From Candidatus Gottesmanbacteria bacterium (GTDB lineage: Bacteria > Patescibacteriota > Microgenomatia > UBA10105 > UBA927): DNA of 64,000 bases. Every line of letters begins with the position of its first letter. The first letter of the stretch is position 1. The position numbers were made by a program, and so were the translations under genes. The DNA lies in the NCBI GenBank assembly GCA_016214885.1, contig JACRMP010000005.1, forward strand, positions 6,725-70,724, given 5' to 3'. The notes under the pieces were generated by a model. It made no database searches. It had not been told where the DNA came from and was given only the letters and a program-made list of their open reading frames with translations. Positions 49,830 to 59,705 of this stretch are shown piece by piece.

Positions 49830-50459
49830 CTACTCTAAGACTTCTTCCTCATCTACCGAATAATCCGGTGCGGACTCACCGGAGCTGCCAGGGCTACTGC
49901 TGCCCGGTGCTGCTGCGGTAGGTTTAAAAATAAAAGATGAAACGACGCCATCATATACTGATTGCCAATATGCTTCGTCAGTTAATGTTGCTTCGATATA
50001 CCAGAGGACACCGTCATAGACTGCTCCGGTCGTCACGGTTTTTACCGGCGATGAAACCAATATCTTTTGTGCAGGGTTACCACCCAAAGTCGTGTCAAAA
50101 GAAATAGCCGATGACGGCGTCGACATTTTTTTGCCCCAAGAAACCGTATCGGCAACCCCCTTAGGTAAATCCTTCACCCAAATAATGAGACTCCCTGGGT
50201 GATTGGGATCCGTAAGTTCAACATGTGCATAGTTCTCTTTATCTTCATCATGCTTATTAAGCTGGACTCCCTCCGGATACTGCATGGTAAAACCTGCCGG
50301 GTCATCCCACAAAACCAACTTAGGGGCGGGCGTCGGACTCACTTCCGTTACCACCGGCGCTTCGGGAGTGGTTTTTGGAGAAAAATACAGATACACACCT
50401 GCTCCGATAACTCCCAAAAGGAGTCCTGCGATGAGTATTATGACGACCGGGCGCTTCAT
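49830..50459 (-). CDS. membrane-anchored hypothetical protein (PsbP-like)
   Basis: TM, GFTMQYPEG, C-terminal VVSSFIF. Confidence 0.65.
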   Translation of the reverse strand: MKRPVVIILIAGLLLGVIGAGVYLYFSPKTTPEAPVVTEVSPTPAPKLVLWDDPAGFTMQYPEGVQLNKHDEDKENYAHVELTDPNHPGSLIIWVKDLPKGVADTVSWGKKMSTPSSAISFDTTLGGNPAQKILVSSPVKTVTTGAVYDGVLWYIEATLTDEAYWQSVYDGVVSSFIFKPTAAAPGSSSPGSSGESAPDYSVDEEEVLE

Positions 50460-50507
50460 ATCACTGAAAGTGTACCACGGCGATTTATTTCTTGCTATAA
50501 TCGTTTC

Positions 50508-50930
50508 ATGAGAATTATTGTTCTTTTCTTCCTGTCGCTGGCCTTAGCGTTTGCCACCCATCCGGTATACGCGGCAAAACCAAGGGTAAAGTCCGTCACC
50601 GGCACAAAAAACACCGCTACTATAGCAACCGGCTATTCAACGGCAAAGCTTTCCCGCAACACTAACAGCGTGGTTGTTACTTTTCTTAATCTGAAAAATG
50701 TTTCTAAAATAACCTATACCCTCTCGTATACCGCAAACGGCATCGAACAGGGTGTGGTGGGGTCGCTCACCCCATCGGGGACGGCCACCGATGTACGTGA
50801 TTTATATTTCGGCACCTGCAGTCACGGCGTGTGTACCGCCCACCGCGGTATACAAAAAGCAATGCTCGTTATTGAAACAAAACTCACTTCAGGCAAAACC
50901 CACGTTAAACGGTATAGAATTAAAATCTAA
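50508..50930 (+). CDS. secreted hypothetical protein
   Basis: Signal peptide; YFGTCSHGVC. Confidence 0.75.
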   Translation: MRIIVLFFLSLALAFATHPVYAAKPRVKSVTGTKNTATIATGYSTAKLSRNTNSVVVTFLNLKNVSKITYTLSYTANGIEQGVVGSLTPSGTATDVRDLYFGTCSHGVCTAHRGIQKAMLVIETKLTSGKTHVKRYRIKI

Positions 50931-50962
50931 TCCGTTTTACCGCATGCTATACTTTGCCATGC

Positions 50963-52537
50963 ATGCGTATACTCACTTCCCGACTGCTGATTATTGGTGC
51001 TATTGTGTGCGGCGCTGTCCTCAGATTCACCAGCCTCAACTGGGATGACGGAGGCAGGCTACACCCCGACGAAGCGCTTATCGTAAACGGAGCGCTCGTC
51101 ATCAAATTTTTTTCCTGGCTTTTCCCCGGCTTCCATGATTACAACGGGTTTTCCGTATACCTGCTGGCAATTATATCCCGGCTAATAACCCTGCTATCAG
51201 GATCCGCCTACTGGTCACAAACTCCTGAAGGTCTAACCCTCACCGGCAGATTTCTGTCCGCCCTAATAGCAACACTCTCCATTCCTCTGGTGTTTACTGT
51301 AGGCAAACAGCTATGGAATACGACAGTGGGGGTGTATGCCACAATACTCTTGACCTTTACCCCGCTTGCCATACAGCTGGCGCATTTTTATACAACCGAA
51401 AACATCATTATTTTTCTTTTTTTATTACTCATTTCATCCTGTGTATCGTATTCGAAATACCCGGGTGTCCCCCGAATTGTTTTTATGGCAGCGGTATCGG
51501 GATTACTTCTGGCTACCAAAAATACTGCGTATCTACTTATCCCCATCCCCCTGCTTATTATTCTTGCTGGGCACCGGCCGGCACTATCTGCATGGCGGCC
51601 GTTGTTGCTTTTTGCCCTATTCACGGTTGCGGCATTTTTTACCGGGTCCCCTTACTCTTTTCTTGATGCTTCGGGGTATATCACCCGCTCCCGGTATCTT
51701 ACCGATGTCGTAAACGGCACCCTCCTCATGGACTGGACAATGCAGTTTCAGGGAACAAATGGATTATTCTGGATTCCCTCCCTCCTATACGCGATGGGGG
51801 TCATATTTGTCACCGGAGCTATAGGGGTCATTTCCGCCATATACAATCATCGGATGAACAAATCCGTTCCGGTATTTCTTGCATTATGGAGCCTGGGATT
51901 TATGCTGTTTCTTGCGTTTACGTACCTCAAATTCACCCGGTACTCCGCTCCACTGATCCCGCTATTTGCCTTATTTTCAGCCAAGTTACTCACCGATCTA
52001 ACCCGGCATACAATGGGAAAAACCATTGCGGCAATAGTAATCGGCATCCAGGTCATTTATGGCATCATGTTTTTTCCGGTATATTCCACTCCGCACACCT
52101 CACTTACCGCAACCCGATGGATAAGCGACAACGTGCCGCCGTCTTCTGTAATTCTTACCGAGGAGTGGAACAGTATTATCCGTTTTTCCCGTCCGGAACT
52201 ATCGAACAAAAACTACAAAATTATTTCATTTAATTTTTATACACCAGATACCGACACCAAACAAAAAAACCTTAACACAATACTTCAACAATCAGACTAC
52301 ATACTCCTCGAAAGTCCAAAAGTACAAAACACGGTGACACGACTTATAGAAACTTATCCCAATACGGCAGTATTTTATAAAAAGTTGGAAAATGGGGAAC
52401 TGCCATTTACAAAAGTCATCCGATTTACCTCGTTCCCCCGGATGGGACCCCTCTTCGTTAGCGATGAAAACGCGGAGGAGACCTTCACGGTTTTTGATCA
52501 CCCGACTATCACAGTGTACAAAAAAAACGGCAAATAA
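50963..52537 (+). CDS. GT-C (GT39/PMT-like) glycosyltransferase
   Basis: LRF..LNWD...HPDE, many TMs, C-terminal ETFTVFDHP. Confidence 0.85.
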   Translation: MRILTSRLLIIGAIVCGAVLRFTSLNWDDGGRLHPDEALIVNGALVIKFFSWLFPGFHDYNGFSVYLLAIISRLITLLSGSAYWSQTPEGLTLTGRFLSALIATLSIPLVFTVGKQLWNTTVGVYATILLTFTPLAIQLAHFYTTENIIIFLFLLLISSCVSYSKYPGVPRIVFMAAVSGLLLATKNTAYLLIPIPLLIILAGHRPALSAWRPLLLFALFTVAAFFTGSPYSFLDASGYITRSRYLTDVVNGTLLMDWTMQFQGTNGLFWIPSLLYAMGVIFVTGAIGVISAIYNHRMNKSVPVFLALWSLGFMLFLAFTYLKFTRYSAPLIPLFALFSAKLLTDLTRHTMGKTIAAIVIGIQVIYGIMFFPVYSTPHTSLTATRWISDNVPPSSVILTEEWNSIIRFSRPELSNKNYKIISFNFYTPDTDTKQKNLNTILQQSDYILLESPKVQNTVTRLIETYPNTAVFYKKLENGELPFTKVIRFTSFPRMGPLFVSDENAEETFTVFDHPTITVYKKNGK

Positions 52538-52567
52538 GCGCGAGTTCTCCATGCTATACTCGATCTC

Positions 52568-53467
52568 ATGATGACAGAGCTACTCTATAACAGCGCAGAG
52601 TCTGTGTTTCGTTTTATTCGGGAAATTGCCCTCCTCCTTGTCCCGGTTAAATATTATCGCCGCGATTCGTTGGATGAAAAACCGATCGCCTTTACCGCCA
52701 TCATAAAAGCCGTGCGAACCAAAACCCATTTTCTTTCCAAAACTCATTGGGTGCTCCGCTGTACTTATGGCAAGGAAACACGGGAAACCTATATATTCCT
52801 CAAAAAGGATTTTGACCCGAAAAAACCGAGCATCGTGTTCCATCATCCATCGGGAGAGACAAGCCATTCGTTTGCCGCTAACGTTATTCTGGGCGGCAAG
52901 CTCAGTGCATACTGTAATATTTTCCTCATTAAGGCACAGAAACACGATTCGACAAAGGAATTTCTGGAAGAATGTGTCGATTCATTTCTCCATCACCAAC
53001 TGACATTTGCGGGTTCAGCACTTGCCGTCGAAGCAATCCGCCGGTATCATCATGCTCGTACAAAAACAAAAATTGTTGTGACGGGAGCATCTATGGGGGG
53101 CATCGTGAGCTCCCTCCATGCATATTTTTTCGGCACTGCCGATTATTATTTTCCGCTTGCGGCATATCCTAATGTCGGAGAAATATTCATGGGATCTTCG
53201 TACCGATTTGGTATCGATTCATGGCGCGTACGGAGACACAACAAAACATATCTATCGAGCTTTGATTTCAAAAAGCCGTTTCCGAAAGGAGTCACGTCAC
53301 GCATCACTCCCGTACTTGGGCGCTGCGATAGAATCGTACCGTTTGACGCCGCCATCTCGTTTTGGAAAAGAAATACCGTCATCTGCCGGATCTACCCGTT
53401 CGGTCATTTCACTCCTGCTATCGTGCGTCACGAGATACGCCAAATGATAAGTGAACAACTGTTATGA
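52568..53467 (+). CDS. alpha/beta hydrolase
   Basis: GASMGG elbow, DRIV, GH. Confidence 0.75.
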   Translation: MMTELLYNSAESVFRFIREIALLLVPVKYYRRDSLDEKPIAFTAIIKAVRTKTHFLSKTHWVLRCTYGKETRETYIFLKKDFDPKKPSIVFHHPSGETSHSFAANVILGGKLSAYCNIFLIKAQKHDSTKEFLEECVDSFLHHQLTFAGSALAVEAIRRYHHARTKTKIVVTGASMGGIVSSLHAYFFGTADYYFPLAAYPNVGEIFMGSSYRFGIDSWRVRRHNKTYLSSFDFKKPFPKGVTSRITPVLGRCDRIVPFDAAISFWKRNTVICRIYPFGHFTPAIVRHEIRQMISEQLL

Positions 53468-54000
53468 TTCACCATCTCACGGCGCTCATAACCGAAGCGA
53501 ATGGGACGCCGGATATAAAAACAAAGTTTATAAATCGCCTTCAGGAAGGCTCTCTCGCCAGAAGTGAAAATCCCACTTCGCACTTATGTGTGTATTTTGC
53601 AGCATTTGATCCCGCTGACGGCAGTGTATTTATCGGCCATCATAAAAAATCCGGCCTTTGGTTATTTAACGGCGGACACATGGACCCCGGCGAGACTCCT
53701 CTCAATACAGTTATCCGGGAAGCAAGCGAGGAATGGGGGCTCGTTGTCCACCCCGGCGCGATAGCACAACAAAAGCTGATTACTCTCACCCGCATCGAAC
53801 ACCCCGAACAAATCATCTGTGAGTGGCACTATGATGTGTGGCACTTTCTACCGTTTGACCGAAAATTGTTTCATCCGAAAGACAGAAACCTCCGTACTGA
53901 ATTTTATTCCTACGGATGGAAATCGTTTGATGAAGCAGCTAATCTGCTCACCTCTCAGCCGACAGTTGAAGCGCTTACTTATTTAAGAAACTTAAGATAA
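53464..54000 (+). CDS. NUDIX hydrolase
   Basis: GGHMDPGETPLNTVIREASEEWG. Confidence 0.9.
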   Translation: MIHHLTALITEANGTPDIKTKFINRLQEGSLARSENPTSHLCVYFAAFDPADGSVFIGHHKKSGLWLFNGGHMDPGETPLNTVIREASEEWGLVVHPGAIAQQKLITLTRIEHPEQIICEWHYDVWHFLPFDRKLFHPKDRNLRTEFYSYGWKSFDEAANLLTSQPTVEALTYLRNLR

Positions 54001-55142
54001 AGCACCATTGCCGACATATTGTGCTGCATGAAATCCAACCGTGTTGTTTCGCAGGTAATCTGTGAACACACTGCTCCGTTCACCGATTCTGCGGTGGTTT
54101 TATATTTCCCATACGGGCTGTTTATTTCATACTGGAGCAGATGGGCCAGCAAAAGTTCAACATGCCTGCGCAGCTTCCGGTACAGTACGGGATCTTTTTC
54201 TTTGGCGACCCATCCGATATGACTTACCCCTTCCAAAAATACCGATGCCCCGGGTATAACGGGATTATTTTTTTTCTCACGCAGATACCGTTCGTACCCC
54301 TGCCCCCTCGCGTTCATATATTTATCCGCGCTTCCCGAAAGAAATTCCCAATATCTGCTATCAGGTTCGACTCTATAAAGATAACTGAAGCCCGCCATGC
54401 CCCAGCTAAAAAATGATCCGTTAAAATCCTGCTGGCCGTACTGGTGCAGAGCATAATTTGCCATCCGCTTTACCGAAAGCAGATACTCCTGCTTTTGGGT
54501 AAGTGCGTAGCTCCTGATTAAGGCATACATTGTTTCCCCGTTATTGTAATCCGACTCCTGCGGCTTGGGGTTATAACTGTTCACGTAGGCCCCGGAGCTT
54601 ACCTGTGTTGCGACCAGATAGTTGGACAGCCGCACTAAATATTCCAGGTTTTCCGTAGTGTTATGCGTCTCATCCGATTCCATGTATTCCACAAGCCCCA
54701 ACACTACCAGGGCTGTCGTGTTGGTATACGTTGATTCTTCGTGGGTAATTGCCGCCGATTCCGCACTCACTGTTGCGGTAAGAAGCCGGAAATACTCCAG
54801 CCCTTTTTCCAGCGTCTGCTTAACATCGGGATCTTTCGTAAATGCATATACCTGCCCAAGTCCGTATAACGCCCCCGCCTGCCGGACTATATTGTTGCCT
54901 TCCTTAATCTCTCCCGTACCGGCAAAACGCTCATATACAAAATCACCGGCCGGTGTTTGATTTGCAGCAAACCAGGCACTTTCCCGCTTAATACTTCCGC
55001 GGAGCTTAGAATCAAGCGTTTCTTTTGGCCATACAGAGATAAGCCTGAGCACCGCGGCAGCTGCGAGGGTAATAAGAATAAGAAGAACAAATACCCAAAT
55101 AATCCGGATCCGGTCGGGAGTCGTCTGCTGTTTCTTTTTCAT
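53979..55142 (-). CDS. membrane-anchored alpha/alpha-toroid-like hypothetical protein
   Basis: TM, NIVRQAGALY, YNNGETMYAL, RLDFMQH helical repeats. Confidence 0.65.
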   Translation of the reverse strand: MKKKQQTTPDRIRIIWVFVLLILITLAAAAVLRLISVWPKETLDSKLRGSIKRESAWFAANQTPAGDFVYERFAGTGEIKEGNNIVRQAGALYGLGQVYAFTKDPDVKQTLEKGLEYFRLLTATVSAESAAITHEESTYTNTTALVVLGLVEYMESDETHNTTENLEYLVRLSNYLVATQVSSGAYVNSYNPKPQESDYNNGETMYALIRSYALTQKQEYLLSVKRMANYALHQYGQQDFNGSFFSWGMAGFSYLYRVEPDSRYWEFLSGSADKYMNARGQGYERYLREKKNNPVIPGASVFLEGVSHIGWVAKEKDPVLYRKLRRHVELLLAHLLQYEINSPYGKYKTTAESVNGAVCSQITCETTRLDFMQHNMSAMVLYLKFLK

Positions 55143-55212
55143 GAGTTCAATTTTATTATAACGGCTCTTTCCTCCCTTGAGCTAGCTGGCGGAAATGTGT
55201 CATGATACATAT

Positions 55213-55653
55213 ATGTTCATCCCTCCACCGCTCCTTCTCCTTATTGCCGTTGCCTTATCATATTTGGTGAGCCTCATGTTCCCGGCGCTTGGATACAACG
55301 ATGCGTCATTTACCATCGTCGGATTTACCCTGATACCTGTGGGGATCCTGCTTGTCCTCTGGGCGGGCAATACCCTGCGGCAACACAAAACTACGACCCA
55401 TCCAAGAAAAAAACCATCCAAACTCGTTGACGCGGGTCCCTACAGCTGGAGCAGGAACCCTATCTATCTCGGATTCCTGCTCGTGTCCCTGGGTACAGCG
55501 CTGCTGTTTGCCAACGTGCTGGCCTTTGTCGGGCCGATTATTTTCTTCGGATTTATCAGCACATTCATCATCCCCTTTGAGGAAGACATGCTGAGAAAAG
55601 GATTCGGCAAGTCCTACGCTTCCTACAAAAGTAGGATACGCCGCTGGGTGTAA
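55213..55653 (+). CDS. isoprenylcysteine/phospholipid methyltransferase-family protein
   Basis: LVDAGPYSWSRNPIYLG, EEDML..FG..Y..Y...RRW. Confidence 0.9.
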   Translation: MFIPPPLLLLIAVALSYLVSLMFPALGYNDASFTIVGFTLIPVGILLVLWAGNTLRQHKTTTHPRKKPSKLVDAGPYSWSRNPIYLGFLLVSLGTALLFANVLAFVGPIIFFGFISTFIIPFEEDMLRKGFGKSYASYKSRIRRWV

Positions 55654-55655
55654 CA

Positions 55656-55886
55656 TCATCTTCTCCGCCGCACCCCATCCACCACCTGCGCCAGATCCGC
55701 ATACCGATCATCTTCACCTCTGCTTCTTGCCCACAAGCCTTCACTGAGCGAACGAAGAGCGGTTTTGGTTTTTCCACGGAGCACGGGCTCCAGTATCGCG
55801 TTTGTTTTTTCCGCGTCGTGGCCATTGGCGGCACCGATGCCGCCATACTGGTCAGCAAGCCGCTCTATTTCTTTTTCTAATGCCAT
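55656..55886 (-). CDS. small hypothetical protein
   Basis: GGAGGTG RBS upstream; 76 aa. Confidence 0.6.
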   Translation of the reverse strand: MALEKEIERLADQYGGIGAANGHDAEKTNAILEPVLRGKTKTALRSLSEGLWARSRGEDDRYADLAQVVDGVRRRR

Positions 55887-55918
55887 AATCACTCACCTCC
55901 TTTCTATCTGTATCCCAT

Positions 55919-55941
55919 AAAAAAACCCCGCTTGAACGGGG
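55919..55941 (-). terminator. intrinsic terminator on the minus strand
   Basis: ccccg-ttcaag-cgggg followed by T7 on the minus strand. Confidence 0.6.
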
Positions 55942-56129
55942 CTGTGCTTAGTCGCTTTGTGTATTTTATTCCGCTACGACATGCCATCCCCCGCATAAAC
56001 GGAGGTACAACAACATGCGCTGAAGAATGTGTTTCTCATAAAAACTGAATACACATGAGTATAAAGTTTGGAAATCTACTGCACAAGTGGAGGAAATCAG
56101 GCAGGAAGTCGTGCTATAATAGCCAAGTC

Positions 56130-57803
56130 TTAACATTCCCCTGTGGCGCAACGGTAGCGCAGCTTCCTGTTAAGAAGACGGTTGTAGGTTCGAATCCTAC
56201 CGGGGGAGCAAACTTCGTTCACTGCGAGTTCTATAAACTGCAGCGGTTTTTCTAAATTCACCCGTACAGTTTTGTTGTAAAGCTCTAGGTTCGAACCAAG
56301 CCCCGCTAAAATCTCCCTCTTTGTTTGTGTGTCTCCATTGGCAAACCAATAACGCGCGTGACAAGCGAAGTCGAAAGTTTTCTCAGCGGTCTCTCTCCAT
56401 GTCTCGGTCTGATATCTGTTCCCTCCAAGTTTTTCAGTTATTATATTTTTTTCTTTGGTCAGTCGTTCTTTTTCTGCTCGATATTCTTCGTCACTGATAA
56501 GAATGCCGTCCGCGTTTTGCGGAGATATTCTAAGATTCAAAAGGTTATTTAGACGAGTTTCTATATCTGTATTCGCTGATTGAAGAGATTTCAGTGTAGC
56601 CAAATTTTCCTCCGACTCTCTATCATTCAGTTCGTTCAGATATTTTATTGCCCAATTTTTGAAGCGCTCCGAGACTTGGAGCTTTGCGAGGGTTTTATCA
56701 AATTCTTTGTCTAACTCTTCAACTCGGATGCTCTTTTGGATGCAGTTTTGATTTTTGTGTTTGGTGCAGTGGTAATAAACATAATGCAGAAGTGTTGGAT
56801 TTTTCATTTCTTCGATTGAGGTTTTACATTTCGGACAAGCGTCCTTGTTTTGAGAAGCGAACTTGTTTTTGCATTTAGAGCATATTATTTGAAACTTTTC
56901 TTCTGCAGTAATAGTCGCATGGCATTCACCACATTCTAGAAGTCCTGTATACGCAAATGACCGAGTGTGTGGTCGAGGTCTTCCTTTTCTTCCAAGCAAT
57001 CTTTGCACCTTGTCGAATTCTTCTTTGGTAATCATTGGCTGATGTTTGCCTTTGCGCCAAATTCCGCTTCCAGTCGGATACTCAAAGTCTCCGTAATAAA
57101 AGGGGTCTATTAGCGTTTTGTATATTTGACTTCTCGTCATTGGTTTTCCACCTATCCGTTTATGCTTGGGAGTCCTATAGCCCCATTCGTCGTTTAGAAG
57201 TCGTAATATTTGCATGACCGTATACGTTCCCGTGAGCATGCAATCCCACGCTTTGCGTATTAGCGGAAATCTATCTGGGTCAACTAAGATGGTTTTGTTT
57301 CCCTTTTCTGCATACTTGTCGTTCATATAACCAGCTTTAGCACCGCTGGGGAGCCAGCCATTCTCTGCTTTTGTATTGAGACCTCGCTTGACGTTTTTTG
57401 AGAGGTCATCTACAAATTTTTGTGCCACACCAAACTCTAGATACATGAGAATGCTATTCTCGTTTGATTGATTGAAGGTTTGCGAAGGAGTTACTATGTC
57501 TATGCCATTTTGTTTTATTGCCCAAATAATACTCCCACCATCGATAGGATTTCTGGCGAGACGGTCAAGCTTCCAACTGATAATTCCTTGAGCCTCTCCA
57601 GCTAAAACTCGTCGAATCATTTCATTGAAGACAGGCCTACCGGGTTCCTTGGCTGACTGAGATTCTTGAAAGGGTTTTTCAGCAACATCAAGATTCAGCC
57701 TTTTTGCCAAGCTTTTGAGTTCTTCAATTTGAGAGCCGATAGACAATACCTGTCTGTCTTCGCTTTCACTAGATTTTCTGGCGTAAATGAAGTATTTACT
57801 CAT
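56130..57803 (-). CDS. large serine recombinase (integrase)
   Basis: YARKS, SAKEPGRPVF, WKLDRLARN, recombinase domain, zinc ribbon, coiled coil; 3' end overlaps tRNA-Asn in antisense. Confidence 0.95.
   Translation of the reverse strand: MSKYFIYARKSSESEDRQVLSIGSQIEELKSLAKRLNLDVAEKPFQESQSAKEPGRPVFNEMIRRVLAGEAQGIISWKLDRLARNPIDGGSIIWAIKQNGIDIVTPSQTFNQSNENSILMYLEFGVAQKFVDDLSKNVKRGLNTKAENGWLPSGAKAGYMNDKYAEKGNKTILVDPDRFPLIRKAWDCMLTGTYTVMQILRLLNDEWGYRTPKHKRIGGKPMTRSQIYKTLIDPFYYGDFEYPTGSGIWRKGKHQPMITKEEFDKVQRLLGRKGRPRPHTRSFAYTGLLECGECHATITAEEKFQIICSKCKNKFASQNKDACPKCKTSIEEMKNPTLLHYVYYHCTKHKNQNCIQKSIRVEELDKEFDKTLAKLQVSERFKNWAIKYLNELNDRESEENLATLKSLQSANTDIETRLNNLLNLRISPQNADGILISDEEYRAEKERLTKEKNIITEKLGGNRYQTETWRETAEKTFDFACHARYWFANGDTQTKREILAGLGSNLELYNKTVRVNLEKPLQFIELAVNEVCSPGRIRTYNRLLNRKLRYRCATGEC
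56137..56208 (+). tRNA. tRNA-Asn (GTT)
   Basis: Acceptor TCCCCTG/CGGGGGA, D stem GCGC/GCGC, loop CT-GTT-AA, T arm GTAGG-TTCGAAT-CCTAC; TG-C-TATAAT promoter upstream. Confidence 0.95.
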
Positions 57804-57827
57804 ATTTTGCAGTCAATAACTATCATA

Positions 57828-57992
57828 TCACGGTTTAGGTTGTGATAGTGGTCTATAGATATTTTTTATTAGATTCAGAAGGCGCATTGCTCTAGGCTGT
57901 GCCTCTTTTTCTGTCAGCTCTATATCAAACTCGTCTTTATAGAGTTGAATGAATTCCTGAATCGCCGTTTTAGATAAGTTAGTCTTCATCAT
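57828..57992 (-). CDS. small hypothetical protein (54 aa) upstream of integrase
   Basis: Manual translation MMKTNLSKTAIQEFIQLYKDEFDIELTEKEAQPRAMRLLNLIKNIYRPLSQPKP; overlaps the upstream ORF stop. Confidence 0.7.
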   Translation of the reverse strand: MMKTNLSKTAIQEFIQLYKDEFDIELTEKEAQPRAMRLLNLIKNIYRPLSQPKP

Positions 57993-58146
57993 GTTCCTCA
58001 ACCGCCAGAGCTTCAGCTATGTACCCCTCTAGAAACTCTCTAATGCTCGTACCAGCCTGTACAGCTTTCAACTTGAGCAACTTATGCAGGTCTGCTCTCA
58101 CAAGCACCTGTTTCCATGCTTTTTTATCGATTTGTCGATTTTTCAT
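57979..58146 (-). CDS. ribbon-helix-helix DNA-binding protein (55 aa)
   Basis: Manual translation MKNRQIDKKAWKQVLVRADLHKLLKLKAVQAGTSIREFLEGYIAEALAVEEHDED; purine-rich RBS. Confidence 0.72.
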   Translation of the reverse strand: MKNRQIDKKAWKQVLVRADLHKLLKLKAVQAGTSIREFLEGYIAEALAVEEHDED

Positions 58147-58149
58147 ACT

Positions 58150-58655
58150 TTTCTCCCCCTCCTCTCTAAGAACACCCTCCGTTCCCTCGCTTCTTCCGGT
58201 CTATCTTTCCTACTGAAAAATTTTTCAAATTTTCAGTGAGGTAAGCTTATTTGTTAGATGAGCCATCAGTCGCTTCGGTTTACGGACAGCCTTGTGTAAA
58301 CGCTTATTACTCGGCAACCCTTTCGGGATAACGTGAGTAGGCTGCAACTCTCCATTTCCTGCTTGTTAGCAGGTGTATGGGATTTCCCCATGCATCAGCC
58401 AACAAAAAAGCCTTATTAGCTCATTGGTAGGGAGAGGGGTTCCTACCAAAAAACCAATAAGGCTTACCCCTCTCTTTTTGCCAACAAAAAAACGGCTAGC
58501 TATCTGAGACTGAGCCACAAAAGCTCAAGTCGTCTAGACGCATTGCCGTCTCTGTTTAGGAGGTTTGGTTGCCTTGTCTAAATTCTGATATTTACTCTAT
58601 ACCTCGTAACCAACCGTCGTCAATAAGGGAAATTACTCAAGAGTATAGAGCATAA
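58150..58655 (-). ncRNA. putative structured leader/regulatory RNA
   Basis: About 500 nt without a convincing ORF; multiple hairpins; two stem-loops each ending TTTTTTGTTGGC. Confidence 0.45.
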
Positions 58656-58662
58656 TAGCGAC

Positions 58663-59016
58663 CTATTTAGTTTTGATGTCATGATAACTTACCACCTGAA
58701 TAGGCAATCCATCGGTGCTAATGTCTGTAGACAGCTTGTCTGTCCAGCCCATATTTTTCAGCGCAAAAATCACACCAGTTGGCTGTGTTCCGTAAATCAA
58801 CCGTTCTTCATACGACACTTCGATTCTTGCCCTAGCCCTTTTTATTATGTCCAAAAACTCATCTTTCTCACTGTAGTTGTATAGTGTTTGCCTGCTCACT
58901 TCTAAGAAGTACGCCAGTCCAGACAGGGTTGGTTTATCTGTAGTTTCAAAATAGGCATCTACCAATTTTTGTACAGCTTGAATATTTTTCCACACAGGAG
59001 GGCGTCCGGTTGTCAT
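58663..59016 (-). CDS. phage terminase small subunit (P22 gp3-like)
   Basis: GRPP..VDAYF..PTLSGLAYFL..SRQTLYNY..F..II.RAR..IE..IFALKNMGW.D. Confidence 0.85.
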   Translation of the reverse strand: MTTGRPPVWKNIQAVQKLVDAYFETTDKPTLSGLAYFLEVSRQTLYNYSEKDEFLDIIKRARARIEVSYEERLIYGTQPTGVIFALKNMGWTDKLSTDISTDGLPIQVVSYHDIKTK

Positions 59017-59057
59017 GAGGATAGTATAGAAACCATTTCTACCTGAAGGGAAGAGGC

Positions 59058-59474
59058 TCAAAAATTCAATAATCTTGCAGGAATAATCATCTTTTCAACT
59101 TCGCGTACAACCTTATCTACAAACACATCTAGAGCTTTGAAATCCTTCAAAACAGCCTTGTTTACCCCTCGACGCTTCGCATCTTCGTTGTAGTTTGGCA
59201 CAGAGGAAATCGAGATGACCTTGTCAGCTCCGAACCGCTCAATGTCAAAAACATGGAATGACTCATTGAGCTTACAGTCTCTGTCCAGCAGAACAATGTC
59301 AAACTCAGCCTGCGGGTTCGCGTTCACATAGTCTTGTACCTGTTGGTGGTTCGTAAGAACGATGGTAGAGAAATCGTAGGGCTGGTCTTGTTCTAAGACG
59401 TAGAGTTTTTCAAGTAACAATGAGAGCACGTGCAGATTGTCTTCGAGAATAAGAATCGTTTTGCTGAGCACCAT
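59058..59474 (-). CDS. stand-alone receiver-domain-like protein
   Basis: ILILEDN, IVLLD, ISISS, K positions of the CheY fold. Confidence 0.65.
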   Translation of the reverse strand: MVLSKTILILEDNLHVLSLLLEKLYVLEQDQPYDFSTIVLTNHQQVQDYVNANPQAEFDIVLLDRDCKLNESFHVFDIERFGADKVISISSVPNYNEDAKRRGVNKAVLKDFKALDVFVDKVVREVEKMIIPARLLNF

Positions 59475-59705
59475 AGGTAGAGACTATTGTATCAGTAACA
59501 AACCTATGAGTTTTTTTATTGGTCAGGAAAGCTAGGGTGCGTGCTTAAAAATCTGAAATCTCAGCAAACCCAGCATCTTATTGTCCCTTTTTTATCGTGT
59601 AAGAAAACCTTAGTAAACCTTAGGATTTTTGTGCCTAAGCATCTAAAAAATCTTGTCAAATCTTGACATGCACTATTGCCTTTTTTATCGTGTCAAAAAA
59701 GTCAC

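Noticed and set aside
57636-57644. cctaccggg match to the tRNA-Asn 3' end as a second att site
   Set aside because: Only 9 nt, inside the integrase catalytic domain; chance match.
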